This document shows positions 36,939-50,832 of a stretch of DNA of 64,000 nt, one piece after another. The notes below the pieces were generated by a model. The model had not been told where the DNA came from. It made no database searches and worked only from the letters and a program-made list of their open reading frames with translations. Positions within the stretch are counted from its first letter, which is position 1; the number at the start of each line of letters is the position of its first letter. The translations under genes and the position numbers were made by a program. This DNA comes from Amoebidium appalachense (taxonomy: Eukaryota; Protista; Ichthyosporea), in contig CAVNZM010000004.1 in assembly GCA_963693365.1 (NCBI GenBank), forward strand, positions 3,184,389 to 3,248,388, written 5' to 3'.

Positions 36939-39844
36939 AATCTATATTTTAGTAGTGGTGCTTGATTGGTTGAACGGGTGATGTTTTTTTTTCCTTTTTA
37001 CTTTTTTGTGTAGGTGTATGTAGGCTGTTCGGGCACTCTGTGTTGTGAGGGCAATTGCTGAGAAACTCTGCCCGGCCCCTGTGGGGTTGAACGGCCCAAA
37101 AGGAATAAAAACCACGTTCATGTAACCTAAAGTTTACAAGAAGTGTAATTTGAGAGATGACTCCCCTTTCCCACCTCTTCTTACCCCCAATAAAACTCGT
37201 TTGAAAGTAACGTGATACAAAAAGCCATATCTGAGGGGTACACTCCCCGCCCCCGCCTCCTCCAACTTCCCATATCTGAGGGGTACACTCCCCGCCCCCG
37301 CCTCCTCCAACTTCCCACCTCCCTTTCTCCCCGCCCCTACCCCCTCCCCATCCACGCCACCCCCCTTTCTCCCCAGGGACACACAGAAATCTCGGACACA
37401 CAACGGTATCCCTTAGGGTGATTAGCTTTCTTTCACTGCATTGGACATTCTGCTCGCCCAATCCGCTGTTTCCGAAATTTCATGCTATTAACAGACAGAC
37501 AATAAAAAAAACATACATATGTAAACACAGGCAGGGGAGCACGCACTCACACACACACATGCACACATGCATACGCAAGAATACACTCGCCCACACTTTG
37601 TCAAAATAAAAACAAAAAAAAACATTTACTTACATAAACATAAGTGGGTGTACCCGTACGCACACACACACACCTGCACATGCGCACAAAACCAAGAGAA
37701 CACATTCATACACACAGGCAGGCGCCCGCTTGCACACACACGCACACGCATGCATGCACGCACACGCATGCACACACACACACAGACAGACATGCGCGTG
37801 CGCACACACGCACACACACGCGCACAGAAACACACACACATGGATGCACACACAGGGACGCACGTACACATGCACATGTACATAAAACACACGCGAGCAT
37901 AATCATTCACGGTGTCATGCAGCAATTTCTTAGATACAGCAACATTTCGCTTCTGGAAAGCAGACGCCCTACTACAAGGCATGTTTTTTTTCTAACGAGT
38001 TTAGTTAGAATATCTGATCCCCATGTATACCCCCCCCCCCCCCCCCCCCCCGCCCCCTGGGTCACCTCCCTCGGTTTGTTCCATTTAATGAGCTCCCCCT
38101 TCTTGGCTTCTCTGACAACCCCCTTCCCGAGGGTAAGATAGCGCACACACATCTTTCCACTAATACACACAGACACCGGTCTCACAGACACAAAGTACAT
38201 GTGAGTCCAAAGTAGCCCAAGAATCACAAAGCTTCCACTTCCCCCCTCCCTCTTTCCCACTAGCCAAACCACCCTCTCTTTCTTTCCCCCCTTTAAAGCT
38301 AACCACATGCCCCCCCCCCCCCCCCCCCCCCCCTTTCACCCTCCCCTCCCGGCCCCCCCCCCGGCCCCTCCCCAACAAAAAAAGGGTAGTCTTAACACAC
38401 AAGCTTCCCCCCCCCCCCCTCCCCCCCCCTCCCTCTTCCCCCCCCCCCCCCCCTCCCCCCGCCCCCCCCCGGCCCCTCCCCAACAAAAAAAGGGTAGTTT
38501 TAACACACAAGTCCCCCCCCGCCCCCCTCCCTCCCTCCCTCCCTCCCCCCCCTCCTCCGATGGCCTTTTACAAATTCCGATTGACCCAATGATAATCCTT
38601 TTGCTCCCATAGTGTTTCACAAACAGAAAGAGCAGTGATATACTCATACCCTTGAATACACAGGTAAATAGTAGACCCCCCCCTCCAAAAGGTGCAGCAC
38701 ACATACCCTCCCCCCCCCCTCTATACTTCCCAGATTAGCACGGATACAACCCCACAGGCCCCCCTGCCCCCCTGTCGCATGGCTAACACAATGCATATAG
38801 GGCACTTTCAGCAAACATATGCACAAAGGCCCCCCCCCCCCGGGCGGGGCCTTGGGGGCCCCTTTGCCAACCTGTGAGGAGCTCAAAACCATAATTAACG
38901 GTCCAATATGCTACGGGAAGTTGTACCGGCTTATCAATCTTCTCCCCCCCCCCCCCCCCCCCCCCCCGCCGCCGCCGCCCGCCCCTCCAGCCTCTGCCCC
39001 ACTCCCCCTCCACCCCCAACCCCCCACCTCCCTCCCCCCTCCCCCTTCCCCCCTTGCCATTCCCTCCCCTCCCTTCCCCTCCCCAACAACCACCACCACT
39101 GTCTGCCCCGCTTACAGGCACACAAGACTGCTTACACAACCTTCCCTATATCCGGCCACCACCACGAAGTCAACATGAAATATTTTGTAAGATAGTAAGG
39201 AGCAGATACACGGTGGAATACCGGACCTGGGTATCATAACGAATTTCTGGGGAAAAAGCACTAAATAGATATGGTATTCAAAAAATGGTATATCATAGAA
39301 TCCGACCAATCAAATACAGTATGCAAGTGCGGCAACGTGAACAGTCAAAAGGTCTACTCGGAATGTCGACAGAAAAATCTGGTATAACTAACCAAAAAGA
39401 AGGAATACCCATTGTTTAGCCCATATCCAAGTGTGTTATTCCTTCTTATAAAACTTAAACATGCCCACTGGGCACGTTTATTTTCATATTTGTGTCCCAT
39501 TGGACCCCCATGCCGGTGGGGGTGCAATCGCAAAACACTGCATAGGGAAAGAACGTGCAAGTTCGTCCACGAAACTATCCACACATTTCGGAGATATACC
39601 GTTCGAAGTCCTGCAAGACAGAATATGTACAGAAAAAAAGGCGAGGCTGATACTTTTGGAAACGCTTTGACCTATATTCTAAGCCATAAATGTATGTACA
39701 GGGCCTCTGCAGAAGACCGACGAACCCCAGGAAAAAAAGGAACGATACTTCGCCTATGCGTACCACAACCCTTATGAATCCACATGCAAAACCTCGCGAG
39801 ATGGCCACTTGACACAATAAAAGGTCCCACCTAAGCCCTACATA

Positions 39845-40554
39845 TTAGAACCCCATCCCACCGCCCAACCCGCCCAACCCACCACCCAAACCACCCATCC
39901 CACCCAATCCACCCACACCACCCGGAATCCCCCCAGCAGCGGCCCCACCCATACCAGGAACATTTCCGCCAAAGATCCCCCCACCCACACCCGGTGCGCC
40001 GGATACGATCCCCCTCACCATCTGCATAATTCGGTCCATCATGTTTTGCATCACCGCATCCTCAAACCCCCCCGCTGTGCCGTTGCCTCCCATCGTGCCA
40101 TTTCCACCCACCGGTCCACCTACTGTACCGTTACCCCCGACCGGGCCTCCTGGGGAAAGAGATAAATAAATAAGTACTATAAGTGATGCAGCTAGGTAGA
40201 GTGGTTTGAGAATAAGAATATTGGGTGAAGAGCTGGTACGCAGGAAGGGGTGGAACATAGGAGAAGGTCGTGTTGGATAGTTATAATAGTGATTGAAGCC
40301 CAGACTGGGTATGTATACTATTAGGTCTTTATACAATCGGAAGCAATAATGTTCAAGTAGAGAGGTGCTGTTTAGACAAGGGGTAACGGAGGATCGAAGG
40401 GGTGCGGGGTGGGGGGGGTGGAGGGGGGGGGGGGGGGGAGGGGGAAGGGGGAGGAAGGGGCGGGGGTTGATTGCGTTTTTATTACCCCCCCTTCCCCCCC
40501 TCCCCCTCCCTCCCTTTCCCCACCCTCTCCCCTCCCCAACGGTGCCCCCCCCCT

Positions 40555-40585
<31 letters not shown>

Positions 40586-41789
40586 GAGGGGGAGCGGGCG
40601 CAGAAGGAAAGAAGGAGCAGAAGCAAGTTGTGACTGTCTGTCTGTATGATTCCGAGGGTGGGGAAGGGGAACTGAGGGGGAAGGGGGGAGAGGGGCAGGG
40701 GAGGTCGAAGAGGGGCGGGGGGATGGTGGATGCCTGTGTGTGTGGTTTAGGTAACTGTAGTGGTGGTGGTTGTCTTTAAGAGGGTGAGGGGAGGGGGGGG
40801 GGGGGGGGGAGGGGGGGGGGGGGGGGGATGGGGGGATGCATGGCAATATCAACATACCGGGTAGAGTTTGGTTTGGCTGTGTGCCGGTGGCCCCCTGCTG
40901 CACCATCACAAATGTGCGGGAAACAAGGCCAGTGGGGATGGACGTGCACTGATTGGCTGTAAGAGGGGACGAGAGAACACGCCGGGTACAGGCTGGGTCG
41001 AGGAAGACGTCCAGAACATACTGGTTAGGTGCGGACTGTATGGAAATGTGTGAGTTGCCACAAGGAGTGGTAACGACTATGTATTGTGACAGGTTACCAC
41101 ATAAGGCTATAATGGCTAAATATGGAATGGCTAGGGTTTTTTCCCAGCTTTTTAGGGCTAAATATAGAACGACATAATTTAGCTTCTTTACTTTTGTTTC
41201 AGACGGAATTGGCGGGAGTTAGGATGTAAGGTTGCCATGAATGAATATGGTGTGGAGTTACCATATAAGGCTATAATGGCTAAATATGGAATGACTTTTT
41301 TTTCCGCTTTTACTACTGGGCTAAATATGGAACACCATAAGTTAGTTTCTTCACGGTTGTTTCAGATTATTCATTCTAAACATCATGCCTGCGGATACGC
41401 AAACCAAATCCAAAATATTATGTTAATATGGCGTGGTGTTACAGTATAAGGCTATAATGGCTAATTTTGGAGTGATTAGGATTGAATAGTTTCTTCGCTT
41501 CTGTTTCACATTAATTCAAGCAAGACATCATCCCTGTACATTCGCATTAGATATTAGAAATCATTTGTCCATAACAGGACGTATCGACACAATCGATTAT
41601 CACAGATGAGGCATATCTCACCTGTGAAAATTTTGCAAATGTTCCCTGATCTGCTGGCCCACACTCGCCCGTGTTTGGGGTGACTGGCTCACACTTGGTG
41701 GGTGCACCTGCACATCCCTCCTGCTCGTATGTGCATAGTTGCTCACAAAACACTGCAGTGGGAGGGGTGGGAGGGTTTTTTTTTTTTTT

Positions 41790-41820
<31 letters not shown>

Positions 41821-42040
41821 GAGGGGGGGGGAGGGGGGGGGGGGGGGTTCATGCACGAATCTGGAGGAAACAAATCATTTTATGGGGGAAATGGTATGGG
41901 AGGAGAGAAAGAAAGTTGTGTTAACCTACGTTGTTACGTGCATTTACAGTTCCCCCCCCCCCCCCCCCCCCTCCCCCCTTCCCCCTCCCTTCTTCCCCTT
42001 GGTTTATGGTTACCCCCCCCCCCCCCCCCTCTCCCCCTTC

Positions 42041-42122
<82 letters not shown>

Positions 42123-42680
42123 CAAACATGCCTTTTGTCCGAGGCTCAGAAGAATGTCCTGTTGGATGGTGGCCCAGTTTGCCAATTAGGTACTAAAAAG
42201 GAACTATCAGAGGTCAGTCAAGGAAGAAGTAATGAAGTTCCGTGCTTCTTGATTCTAGCTCTTGGGGGATTTTCCACTTGCCCCTCCCCCCCCCCCCCCC
42301 CCCCCCCCCCCTCATCCCCCACCACCACCCCTTCCCCCCACTCACTGACCCGCAATGTACCACCTTAGCAAAACAGTGTATGAATGCAGCAGGAGATATG
42401 TCTCTGGCGTTGCTTATGATGTCCCACGGTGACTTGGGAATAATTCCACGTGTGGAAACGACATACAAAAATGATAATGATTGATAAAATTCGCCTTCGA
42501 CGTCCGCAAAGATCAAGAATACTATTAATAAAAAAAAGGGTTGAAAATTGGTGTGTGTGTGTGTGCGTGTGTACACACACATGTATATTTGTAACTTCCC
42601 GTGTGTGTGTGTGCGTGCATGCGTGTGTTGGTGGACATGTGTGTCTAAATGCCGGTACGTCTGTGCCGGTGTGTGTGTGT

Positions 42681-42725
<45 letters not shown>

Positions 42726-42827
42726 GGGGGGGGGGGGGGGGGGAGGGGGGGGGGGGGGGGGGGGCGCACCTCCTTGTGCCGCCAGCAAAATGCTGGTGAC
42801 AAGGGTCACAGCTAGACGTCCGGTCAT
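39845..42827 (-). CDS. Secreted protein with a 6-Cys domain and Gly/Met-rich tail, paralogue 1, 4 exons, ~223 aa
   Basis: Exons 42770-42827 (MTGRLAVTLVTSILLAAQG, signal peptide), 41622-41752, 40858-41035, 39845-40149, with intron phases 1/0/1. Aligns with the 48795-50832 product. Ends GGMGF. Confidence 0.82.
41095..41510. repeat. Degenerate tandem repeat, ~165-180 bp x3, filling an intron
   Basis: taaggctataatggctaa at ~41102, ~41266 and ~41447, each followed by ...tagtttcttc...tgtttca-like sequence. Confidence 0.8.
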
Positions 42828-43387
42828 TATTGTTACTAAATGATAACAGAGTAAACTTATTTGAAGTTATCGACATGTATGTACAGTCACTGTGTAAGTT
42901 TAGCAGCTGTGTCTGTTTGTGTTCTGGACACTGTGTGCATGGCCTTTTGTACATGCACGCAGTACCAGCGCATTCCCCCCAGGCCCTGTTGGTGTCCCAA
43001 TAGCTGTCGTGCACTCGTGCACCCTACTGCATGTCTGTAAGTTACGTTCAATCCTGCCCGGGCCCGGGCTGCTGCCCACGCCAGCTCCCGACATTTGGCA
43101 GTTAGGGCGATTACATTACGTAGGGCTACCTTACGTAATCCCTAACATCTGGCTATGCATATGGTACTTTGTTGGGATGGTGTGCGTGCTTGGCAAGGGG
43201 AGGCAGAGTGTTGGGTTGCTGGGCGTGACGAGATTGTTCTGTGCGTCATGGCTGCCTGCCCGAACCGCCATCCCCAAGAAAAATTATGTGCGCTGCAACA
43301 CACGTGAGCTCCCTTAGAGCAACTTTAGAGGATGGAGAACAGCACATGCAGATTTACGGCATGTCCTCCTCGAGCTCCCCCTCCTCC

Positions 43388-43438
<51 letters not shown>

Positions 43439-44515
43439 ACACATGTACACACACACACACATACACACCCAAGCCCACACACCCGCGCTGCCCTCTCAAA
43501 AAACCCCAGCGTATAAATGATGCTTCACCGATGTCACCGTGTCTTTTTACGAACCAAACCCCAAATGCAAGTAAGATCTTGTGGAAACAACCAGATGTTT
43601 CTCATGAATTTTTGGATGTCTCCGTGCCCCCGTTGCACCACAAAAAAACTAGATCTCGCCCCTCCCCCCCCCCCCCAACCCCTCCCCCCTCCCCTCTCCC
43701 CCCTCCCCCGCTCTCTCCCCCTGCCTCCCCTCCCCCTCCCTCCCTCTTCTCCCCCCCTCCGCCCCCCTCCCCCCTCCCAGCTCCCCCCACCCCCCCAAAA
43801 AACAAAAAAAACAAACAAAAAAAAACAATCCTCCATGCATCTCTCTTCTCTACTTCCCTCGTCCCCTTGTCTTGCCCCACTTTGTTCTCTCTGGTGTAGC
43901 TTCCTTCCTCTTTGGAATCTTTGTGCCTCAGCATCTCTATCCTCGATATTCTAAAATTAGTTTTCTTTTTTGGTGTGTTTGTTCCATCCAATCTTTGGTA
44001 TGGCCAGTTGAATCTGAAAGAGCACCACACATTCATCTTCAGATGTTCTGCCAACCACTTCAGGCCTGTATTCTCGTTCATTAAAGACCCATAGGGAGCA
44101 TTTATAACGGGGCCGGAAAGGGCAAAGGGGACGTCGAGTAAAACAGAGAGGGCATAGGAGAAGGGAATGGGTGGCTGTAGATACATTTATAACGGCTGCG
44201 AGCCACTGTAGGTTAGGACTAGCTTTGTTGAAGATATTTGCTGTTGTTCTTATTGTTTTTACTGTATGTACAAAAGGTCTCTTGCTTTACACTGGTTCGA
44301 AATATATATGGCTCTTGACAGGTGGAAAGCACCCTACATCAATGACTGCGCTATTTTTCATTCGTGCATTTGATGATCACCACACCCATACATACGTAGT
44401 TGGGTTAGATGTTAAATGTACATCCTTTACATGCCCCTTAACATTCATGCCCTACTGCCACTAGCCACACTATCATTGGAGTTGCTAGTCACACAGTTTT
44501 GGGACTCCGTTTTTT

Positions 44516-46039
44516 TTACACCGGTAAAACAACATCCAGATGCCCAGCGGAGAGAGCTCTCATCTTCCCCATAATTTTCATGCTTGTATTATTCTCATGC
44601 ATTTCAAGTGCCTCAGAAACAACCTCCACATCTCCCACCTCTGGTGTTTGCGTGTTCATCATCTGCCCTGGCTCGTTATGACTCTTTTCACCAAAGGTAA
44701 CGGGTCGGCCGTCAATAGCGGCAGATTCGCGATCACGAATACCCATGACCACTTGAAGAATCTGGCACACTACGGCACCTATAAGCTGCTGGCATATAAC
44801 AAAACGTATAGCAACGCCCCATCCGTGCGATAGTGCGTAGCTGCTCTCTGTGAAGCACAGCAGGGCCGAAAGTTGGGAAATGACCGCTGCGGAAACGAAG
44901 ATCATGGAGCGAACATTAAAGTGGAAGTCGGTCCATAGGAGATGTGCGTGGCGACTCTTCATGGAGTAGTAAGCCAAGGTAAACAGGTAAAAGAGAAGAG
45001 CAAATCTTGGCACCGCCTTCGTGTATATGTCCGTTTTGAAAGAGTCGTTTGCGAAGGAGTAGATGTCACCCGAACAGGCCACAACAGTAACTGCAAACAC
45101 CAAGAAAACCTCACGGAAAATGACCCAATGCTCCGCTTTCTTGTCCAATCTCAGCTGGCAGAAGATGTTGCAAATGACCCTCTGTCGTTGCACCACCGTA
45201 GACACGAAAGCGGCGAGAAAAAACGTGGCAAGGACGTGGAGCACAAAGGCCTCGGTGTTGAGATGTGAAAACACGGAAATAAACTCGGCGGTTTTCAGCG
45301 GCAGTTTGGTGGGTAGGTTGTGCATGGTATGCGCAACCATGAGCATGTGCACAGTGACGATGCAGCAGGTCGAGGTCACCAGTGTAAGGGCAATGTACCA
45401 TATTCCACGAGTCCGTACCGCTGAATGATTGCGAAAGACGACCGCCAACAACCCGACGCCAACCACCACCGACAGAGAAACCACAGTTGCTGCCAGCTGC
45501 AGTGTGTGTGTCTCCTCCCCCACCTGCTTCAGGTCGGCCCATTTCGCCCTAAACTCCCCAACGGCGCGCAGAAGTTTTCCCGTACCAGCCAAGGCATCAG
45601 CCGGTTTGCTGCTCTTCTGCGCTGTTTCATATTCTCCGTATGTTGCCCACAGTGAAGCCAGCATTGCGGTCAGACGAAACGGGAGTGGGCTTGGTGATTT
45701 GCGGCTGCACATGATGGCAACTGCGCCCTCACAGGTCAGCAGAACGAGGACCACTAAAGAGTGTGCGGCCCAGCTAGCTATTAGATACGCCATTTCTCTG
45801 CTATAGCCCCGCAGGAAAGTCTTTCCTCCAAACTTGCTGGTCGACGAGCTAGCATCGTCTTGTTGTGATGCTGTTGGGGCGGATGTTGGAGTTTGTTTGG
45901 GCGAGCCACTGCCTGGCTGGGCCAGATTGACAAACAGAGGATTGTGGTGGCCTACGCGATGTGCACGTGGCAGAGGGAGCGGACTAGCGTCCGGTGGGGA
46001 GCGCGGTGTGGTGACTGGCCTACTGCACTGGTCTTCCAT
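44516..46039 (-). CDS. Intronless multipass membrane protein of unknown function, 507 aa
   Basis: Long repeat-free ORF with a Pro/Ser-rich N-terminus and ~8 hydrophobic helix-length segments. No family motif recognised. Confidence 0.75.
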   Translation of the reverse strand: MEDQCSRPVTTPRSPPDASPLPLPRAHRVGHHNPLFVNLAQPGSGSPKQTPTSAPTASQQDDASSSTSKFGGKTFLRGYSREMAYLIASWAAHSLVVLVLLTCEGAVAIMCSRKSPSPLPFRLTAMLASLWATYGEYETAQKSSKPADALAGTGKLLRAVGEFRAKWADLKQVGEETHTLQLAATVVSLSVVVGVGLLAVVFRNHSAVRTRGIWYIALTLVTSTCCIVTVHMLMVAHTMHNLPTKLPLKTAEFISVFSHLNTEAFVLHVLATFFLAAFVSTVVQRQRVICNIFCQLRLDKKAEHWVIFREVFLVFAVTVVACSGDIYSFANDSFKTDIYTKAVPRFALLFYLFTLAYYSMKSRHAHLLWTDFHFNVRSMIFVSAAVISQLSALLCFTESSYALSHGWGVAIRFVICQQLIGAVVCQILQVVMGIRDRESAAIDGRPVTFGEKSHNEPGQMMNTQTPEVGDVEVVSEALEMHENNTSMKIMGKMRALSAGHLDVVLPV

Positions 46040-46674
46040 TTTGTTGGAGTTGTAAAGCTTAGCAGATGTGTGTGTGTGCGAGTAACAAAAGACTTGCGAT
46101 CAGAAAAGCTTTACAAAACGAAAGGCATTTACACAATACGCTTTTATAATGCTTGAAACGGTAAGAGAAGAGGCTATGACAGTGAAAAAAAAATAAAGTG
46201 GAGTTTGAAACTGTTCAGTCTGAAACTGTTCAGTCTACTTTCTATAGGGTGGTAGGTTTTGCTGCATTGTAGTCACAAGCAAGAGTCACCGATGGCCGTT
46301 GCGCACAAGCTTGCGTGACCGTTTTTATAAGTGCAGGTCTTTACATTGGAATGTGTGGAATGTGTGTGTGTAACCGTACTAATTGTTCATTGGTCGATCA
46401 CAGCAATGTGTGCTTTCCCAAAACCCAATCATAATAATCCAAAACATGCAAGCATACAAATGAACAACACTTTGTACCAATCAAGAAGGGCTTTCGAACT
46501 TCTCAACAATCCAGGCTGCGAATTTGGGGTGACGGACTGATGAGGGCCGAGAAAAAAGGCCCCTGCCACCTGGGCCAGAAAGCGCCAGAAATGCTCCCAG
46601 CATTTTAAGGCCAACTCCACTGGCTACTGCTAAATCATACAGGGCTATACCCCGTCAGGGCGGTTGGTGCCCGG

Positions 46675-46697
46675 GCCCGTATTTACGGGCAACTAGT
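46675..46697 (+). mobile_element. Possible Helitron 3' terminus
   Basis: GC-rich hairpin gcccgta-tt-tacgggc followed by aaCTAG|t. The spacer is shorter than typical. Confidence 0.35.
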
Positions 46698-46881
46698 ACT
46701 ACTATATATTTTACCACGCCGCTGCTGGTTGGAATTTGATTTCGCGCCCTGGTGGTTCATTCATTCGTCATTCCGGATCAAGGCCAGGCAACGGTTCGGG
46801 ATCCGGAGACTGAGAGCTTCCGGCCCGGCCTTCCGACACTCAGTCTCCGACGCGTGCCCCCCGTTCCCCCCCCCCCCCTCA

Positions 46882-46917
<36 letters not shown>

Positions 46918-47177
46918 ACCACCCCACCCCCCCACCACCAACACCACCACCACCACCACAACCACCACCACCGCCACCACCACCACTACTACACGCACAC
47001 ACGTGCGCGCACACATGTACATACGTCCACACGCACACACACATGTACACATACACGCACGCACGCACACACGCACATGCACGCACACCTCATTGCAACC
47101 ACACACAACCGCACCCTGAGAGAGTCTGAGCTAGAGAACCTGAGAGAGAAAGGGGGGGGGGGGGGGGGGGGGGGGGG

Positions 47178-47556
<379 letters not shown>

Positions 47557-47656
47557 TTAAAAAATAAATATAAAAAAAGCCTTGAAAAGCAGACGTTTCA
47601 CCGATACCCCCCTGATTCCCAAATAAAAATAACCAAAGTCTTGAAAAGCAGGCTTT

Positions 47657-47698
<42 letters not shown>

Positions 47699-48794
47699 CC
47701 ACCACCACCACCACCACCACCACCACCACCACCACCACCACCGTACCACCTTTTTTTTTTTTTTTTTTTTTTTTTTTGACGTTCTCATCATACATAAGTT
47801 CATTGCAAACGTCACAAACAACCACAATCACTGGCCGGCGACACGCAAGCCTTGTCACTGACAATCATCAAGCTGTTACTCATGCATCACCCGGAGACCT
47901 TATAATGTGACCTACTGTAGCGCTAGCACTCTTTTGTAGTAGTCTGACGACTGAGTGTATCATACTATCCGATATGTATCATGATGTTAAGCAGAGGCAC
48001 ATGTGTACCATACTGGATTGTGATATTGTGCACCGGTTGAAAACCTGTTGGTCTACGACGACTAAATCGTGATCATCCACGAGTACTCTATTTTTATATG
48101 CTGTGTGTGTTAGTACTATGTGTGTGTGTGATACGCGTATCACGGTTGACCGCCGCTTTAAAGGAGCGCGTGTGGGTTTGGTAAGCTGGCTGCACGTGTT
48201 ACAGGCTGTGTGTGCAGTGTCACCGGCGACATGTAATGCACTGCTTGGAGACGTCAACGGGGGTATATATGCATATCAGACAGTGTATCATGGCATGCAT
48301 AAATGTCCTGGAATGGGAGAAGTGGTATCAGTCACTGCCAGCACGTTGGCAAATATATCAAGTGCTCATGAGCTTTGAACGGCCGTGTTTCACAGTTTTT
48401 TTGAATCCGTCTGCTTTGCATATTATTTATAGTATCAAATGTAGATTCTGGAATTCCAGCACTTACACGACCATGAATGTTGTTGCAGCAAGAGATCTAG
48501 ACGTAGTAGCGACAGTACGTAACGTACAGCTGTACCGGGCTCACATAGCCCAAACACATTTCTAGCCATTATTTAGGTAACTGCAGTAGCACGGAGCCAG
48601 CTTAAACTGAAAGAAAAAAAAACTGTGGAACTACAGTACAACATGCTAATACACTAACTTACCCTACCTAATCACTTCCGGACTTTACATAAGGATTCCT
48701 AGTGGTTAGGCCTGGGGCAGGACCCACCCACAGGGGACGGAGGTATGGAATAAAACATTTTGTAAAAACTTTATAAAGCAGTTAAACATAACTC

Positions 48795-49320
48795 TTAGAA
48801 ACCCAATCCACCCATGACATTCCCCATAATAGCCTGCATGGCTGCCTGGCCCAGCATGTCCGTTATGCCACCACCCATCCCTCCACCCATCCCACCGCCC
48901 ACTCCCCCGCCCGGGGCACCAGTGCCACCGGCTCCGCCTGCAAGACCACCAAGATTTACAATGCCATCGAGAGGAGATGTGCCGGCTGCACCACCTGTTG
49001 ATTGAATAAATCATTAGTAAGGGATATAGATAGCACCTACGACACCGGGCAAGGAACGATTTGTTAAGAAAAAAGTGCCACGTGCTTAAGCTTCCCACAC
49101 ATAAAAACTTTAAAACACCCCACAGAGGCTCAGTCTACCTCGAGGTACTACTTCAAATCAAAGCTACTTTTGCGTTCTTTCAGGGTCGACTAGACCTGTT
49201 GCTTAGCTGCTGCAGGTACGTGCATTTTGCGTCTGTAGTTATAAGGGTTGAGGGCCTCTCCCCCGGGGCCCCCCCTCCCGCCCTCCCCTCTCCTCCGCGC
49301 CCCTAATCCCCGTCCTCAAG

Positions 49321-49351
<31 letters not shown>

Positions 49352-50832
49352 CTCCCGCGCCCCCCTCCCCCCTCCCCGTCTGAACCACACCCAAAATAGG
49401 ATTGTTAAGGGATAAAAGAAAGAACACAAGCAGAAAGAAAGGCCCAAGACGTGCGTCCACCCCTCCCCCCTCCCCCTCCCCCTCCCCCCTGCGCCCCTCT
49501 ACTCTTCCCCCGCCATCCCATGGGTTCCCCCTCTCCCCCTCCAATGGGCATACCATCTTCCCCGGGGGCCGTGACTCTGACATATGTGCTTGAAAAGGGC
49601 ACGTGCACACACTGTCCAGCAGCAAGGGGCACATTCAGGGCACGGCGGGTGCAGCCCGGGTCCATGAAGATGTTCAGAGCATACTGCCCAGCACCACTCT
49701 GTGCGCACATTACCAACTTTAGTCCCACAGTCACGGCCCCGTTTGTTTTTCATGCTGTCTCCCCCTCCCCCCCCTCTCTCTCTCTCCCTCCTCCCAACCC
49801 TCTCCCCCCCCTCCCAACCCCTAAAATCTAAAAAAGGGAAAAAGAAGGAAAAAAATTGACCTCGCCTCTTCCGGACACCGCCCTCCTTGCTGTTCACCTT
49901 ATGCCCCTCCCCACTGCACAGTCTGCTGATCGTCCTTCTTCCCAACCCCTATGTTACTAGAGTCTCCGATACAAGCTACCAGGTTCCCAGCCATTCGTAA
50001 TTTAAAATTTAGGCGGCAGAAAAACCTAGAAAACGCAATCATGTTAACTGGATACATCCTTACAACTCTGCATTTTCGTTTTACGTTATGGAAGTGCATA
50101 TTGATCAATATTCAATGCAAGCGTAATGACGACATCATACCTGGGCGAATGTTGCAAAAGTACCCTGCTCAGCTGGGGTGCAGGTACCATCCTGTGCATT
50201 GACGGTCTCACACACCCCCTGCCCCGTACACCCAGCAGTAGTGTAACGGCACAACGTCTCCCCCACACACCACTCAGGACCTGTTAGGGTAAAAAAAAAA
50301 ACGGAATGGTCGTTGTCAGTGTTGATTCTTACAATTAAGTTATCATGAAAGGTTTCTGCTGCCTTATAATATGATGTATGGTGCTGCCGTGCTCGTATAA
50401 ACGGTGCTCCCTCGTTTTCCCCACCTTCACCCCTCCCCCCCCATCCGTCCTTCCCCCCCCCCCCCCCCCCCAAAAAAAAAAAAAAAAAGATAGAGGAAGA
50501 AGTCTGAAAGCGTCCCCCCCCCCCCCCCCCCCCCCCCAAACAAAAAAAGAGAAAGCCCTCCTCTTCCCCTCCCCCCCCCTCCCCCCTCCCCCCGCCCTCC
50601 CCTCCTCCGCCCTTCCCCTTTCATCTACCCCTCGGAGTTCTTCATTTTGCGTGTGTCCAGGCAGTTCTAATCTAAGGGCAAGAGGAAGACTTGGTGCCAA
50701 ACAGTGGGAAGCCTTAGGGCAAAATTAACGAAGAAAGCCAAAGAGAGGAGTGGGCCACGCGCCTGAGAGAAGAAGGCACAGTGCTGCCGCAAAAAGAGAG
50801 AGGCCATTCGCAGACAGCTGCTTTGATTTCAT
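48795..50832 (-). CDS. Secreted protein with a 6-Cys domain and Gly/Met-rich tail, paralogue 2, 4 exons, ~184 aa
   Basis: Exons 50763-50832 (MKSKQLSANGLSLFAAALCLLLS, GC donor), 50141-50280, 49554-49698, 48795-48994. Same intron phases as paralogue 1. Shared motifs PAxQGTFAxFxQ and FxDPxCTRR. Ends GGLGF. Confidence 0.82.

Noticed and set aside
42131-42500. Possible extra exons in intron 1 of 6-Cys paralogue 1
   Set aside because: Direct splicing from 42770 to 41752 gives a clean signal peptide and matches the paralogue's structure.
43845-44186. Non-repetitive ~115-aa minus-strand ORF segment
   Set aside because: No recognisable motif or splice partners. It may be UTR or a TE remnant, so it was left uncalled.
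46537-46575. CTGATGA followed by a gggcc/ggccc hairpin, resembling a canonical hammerhead
   Set aside because: No GAAA follows stem II and there is no stem III or UH site.
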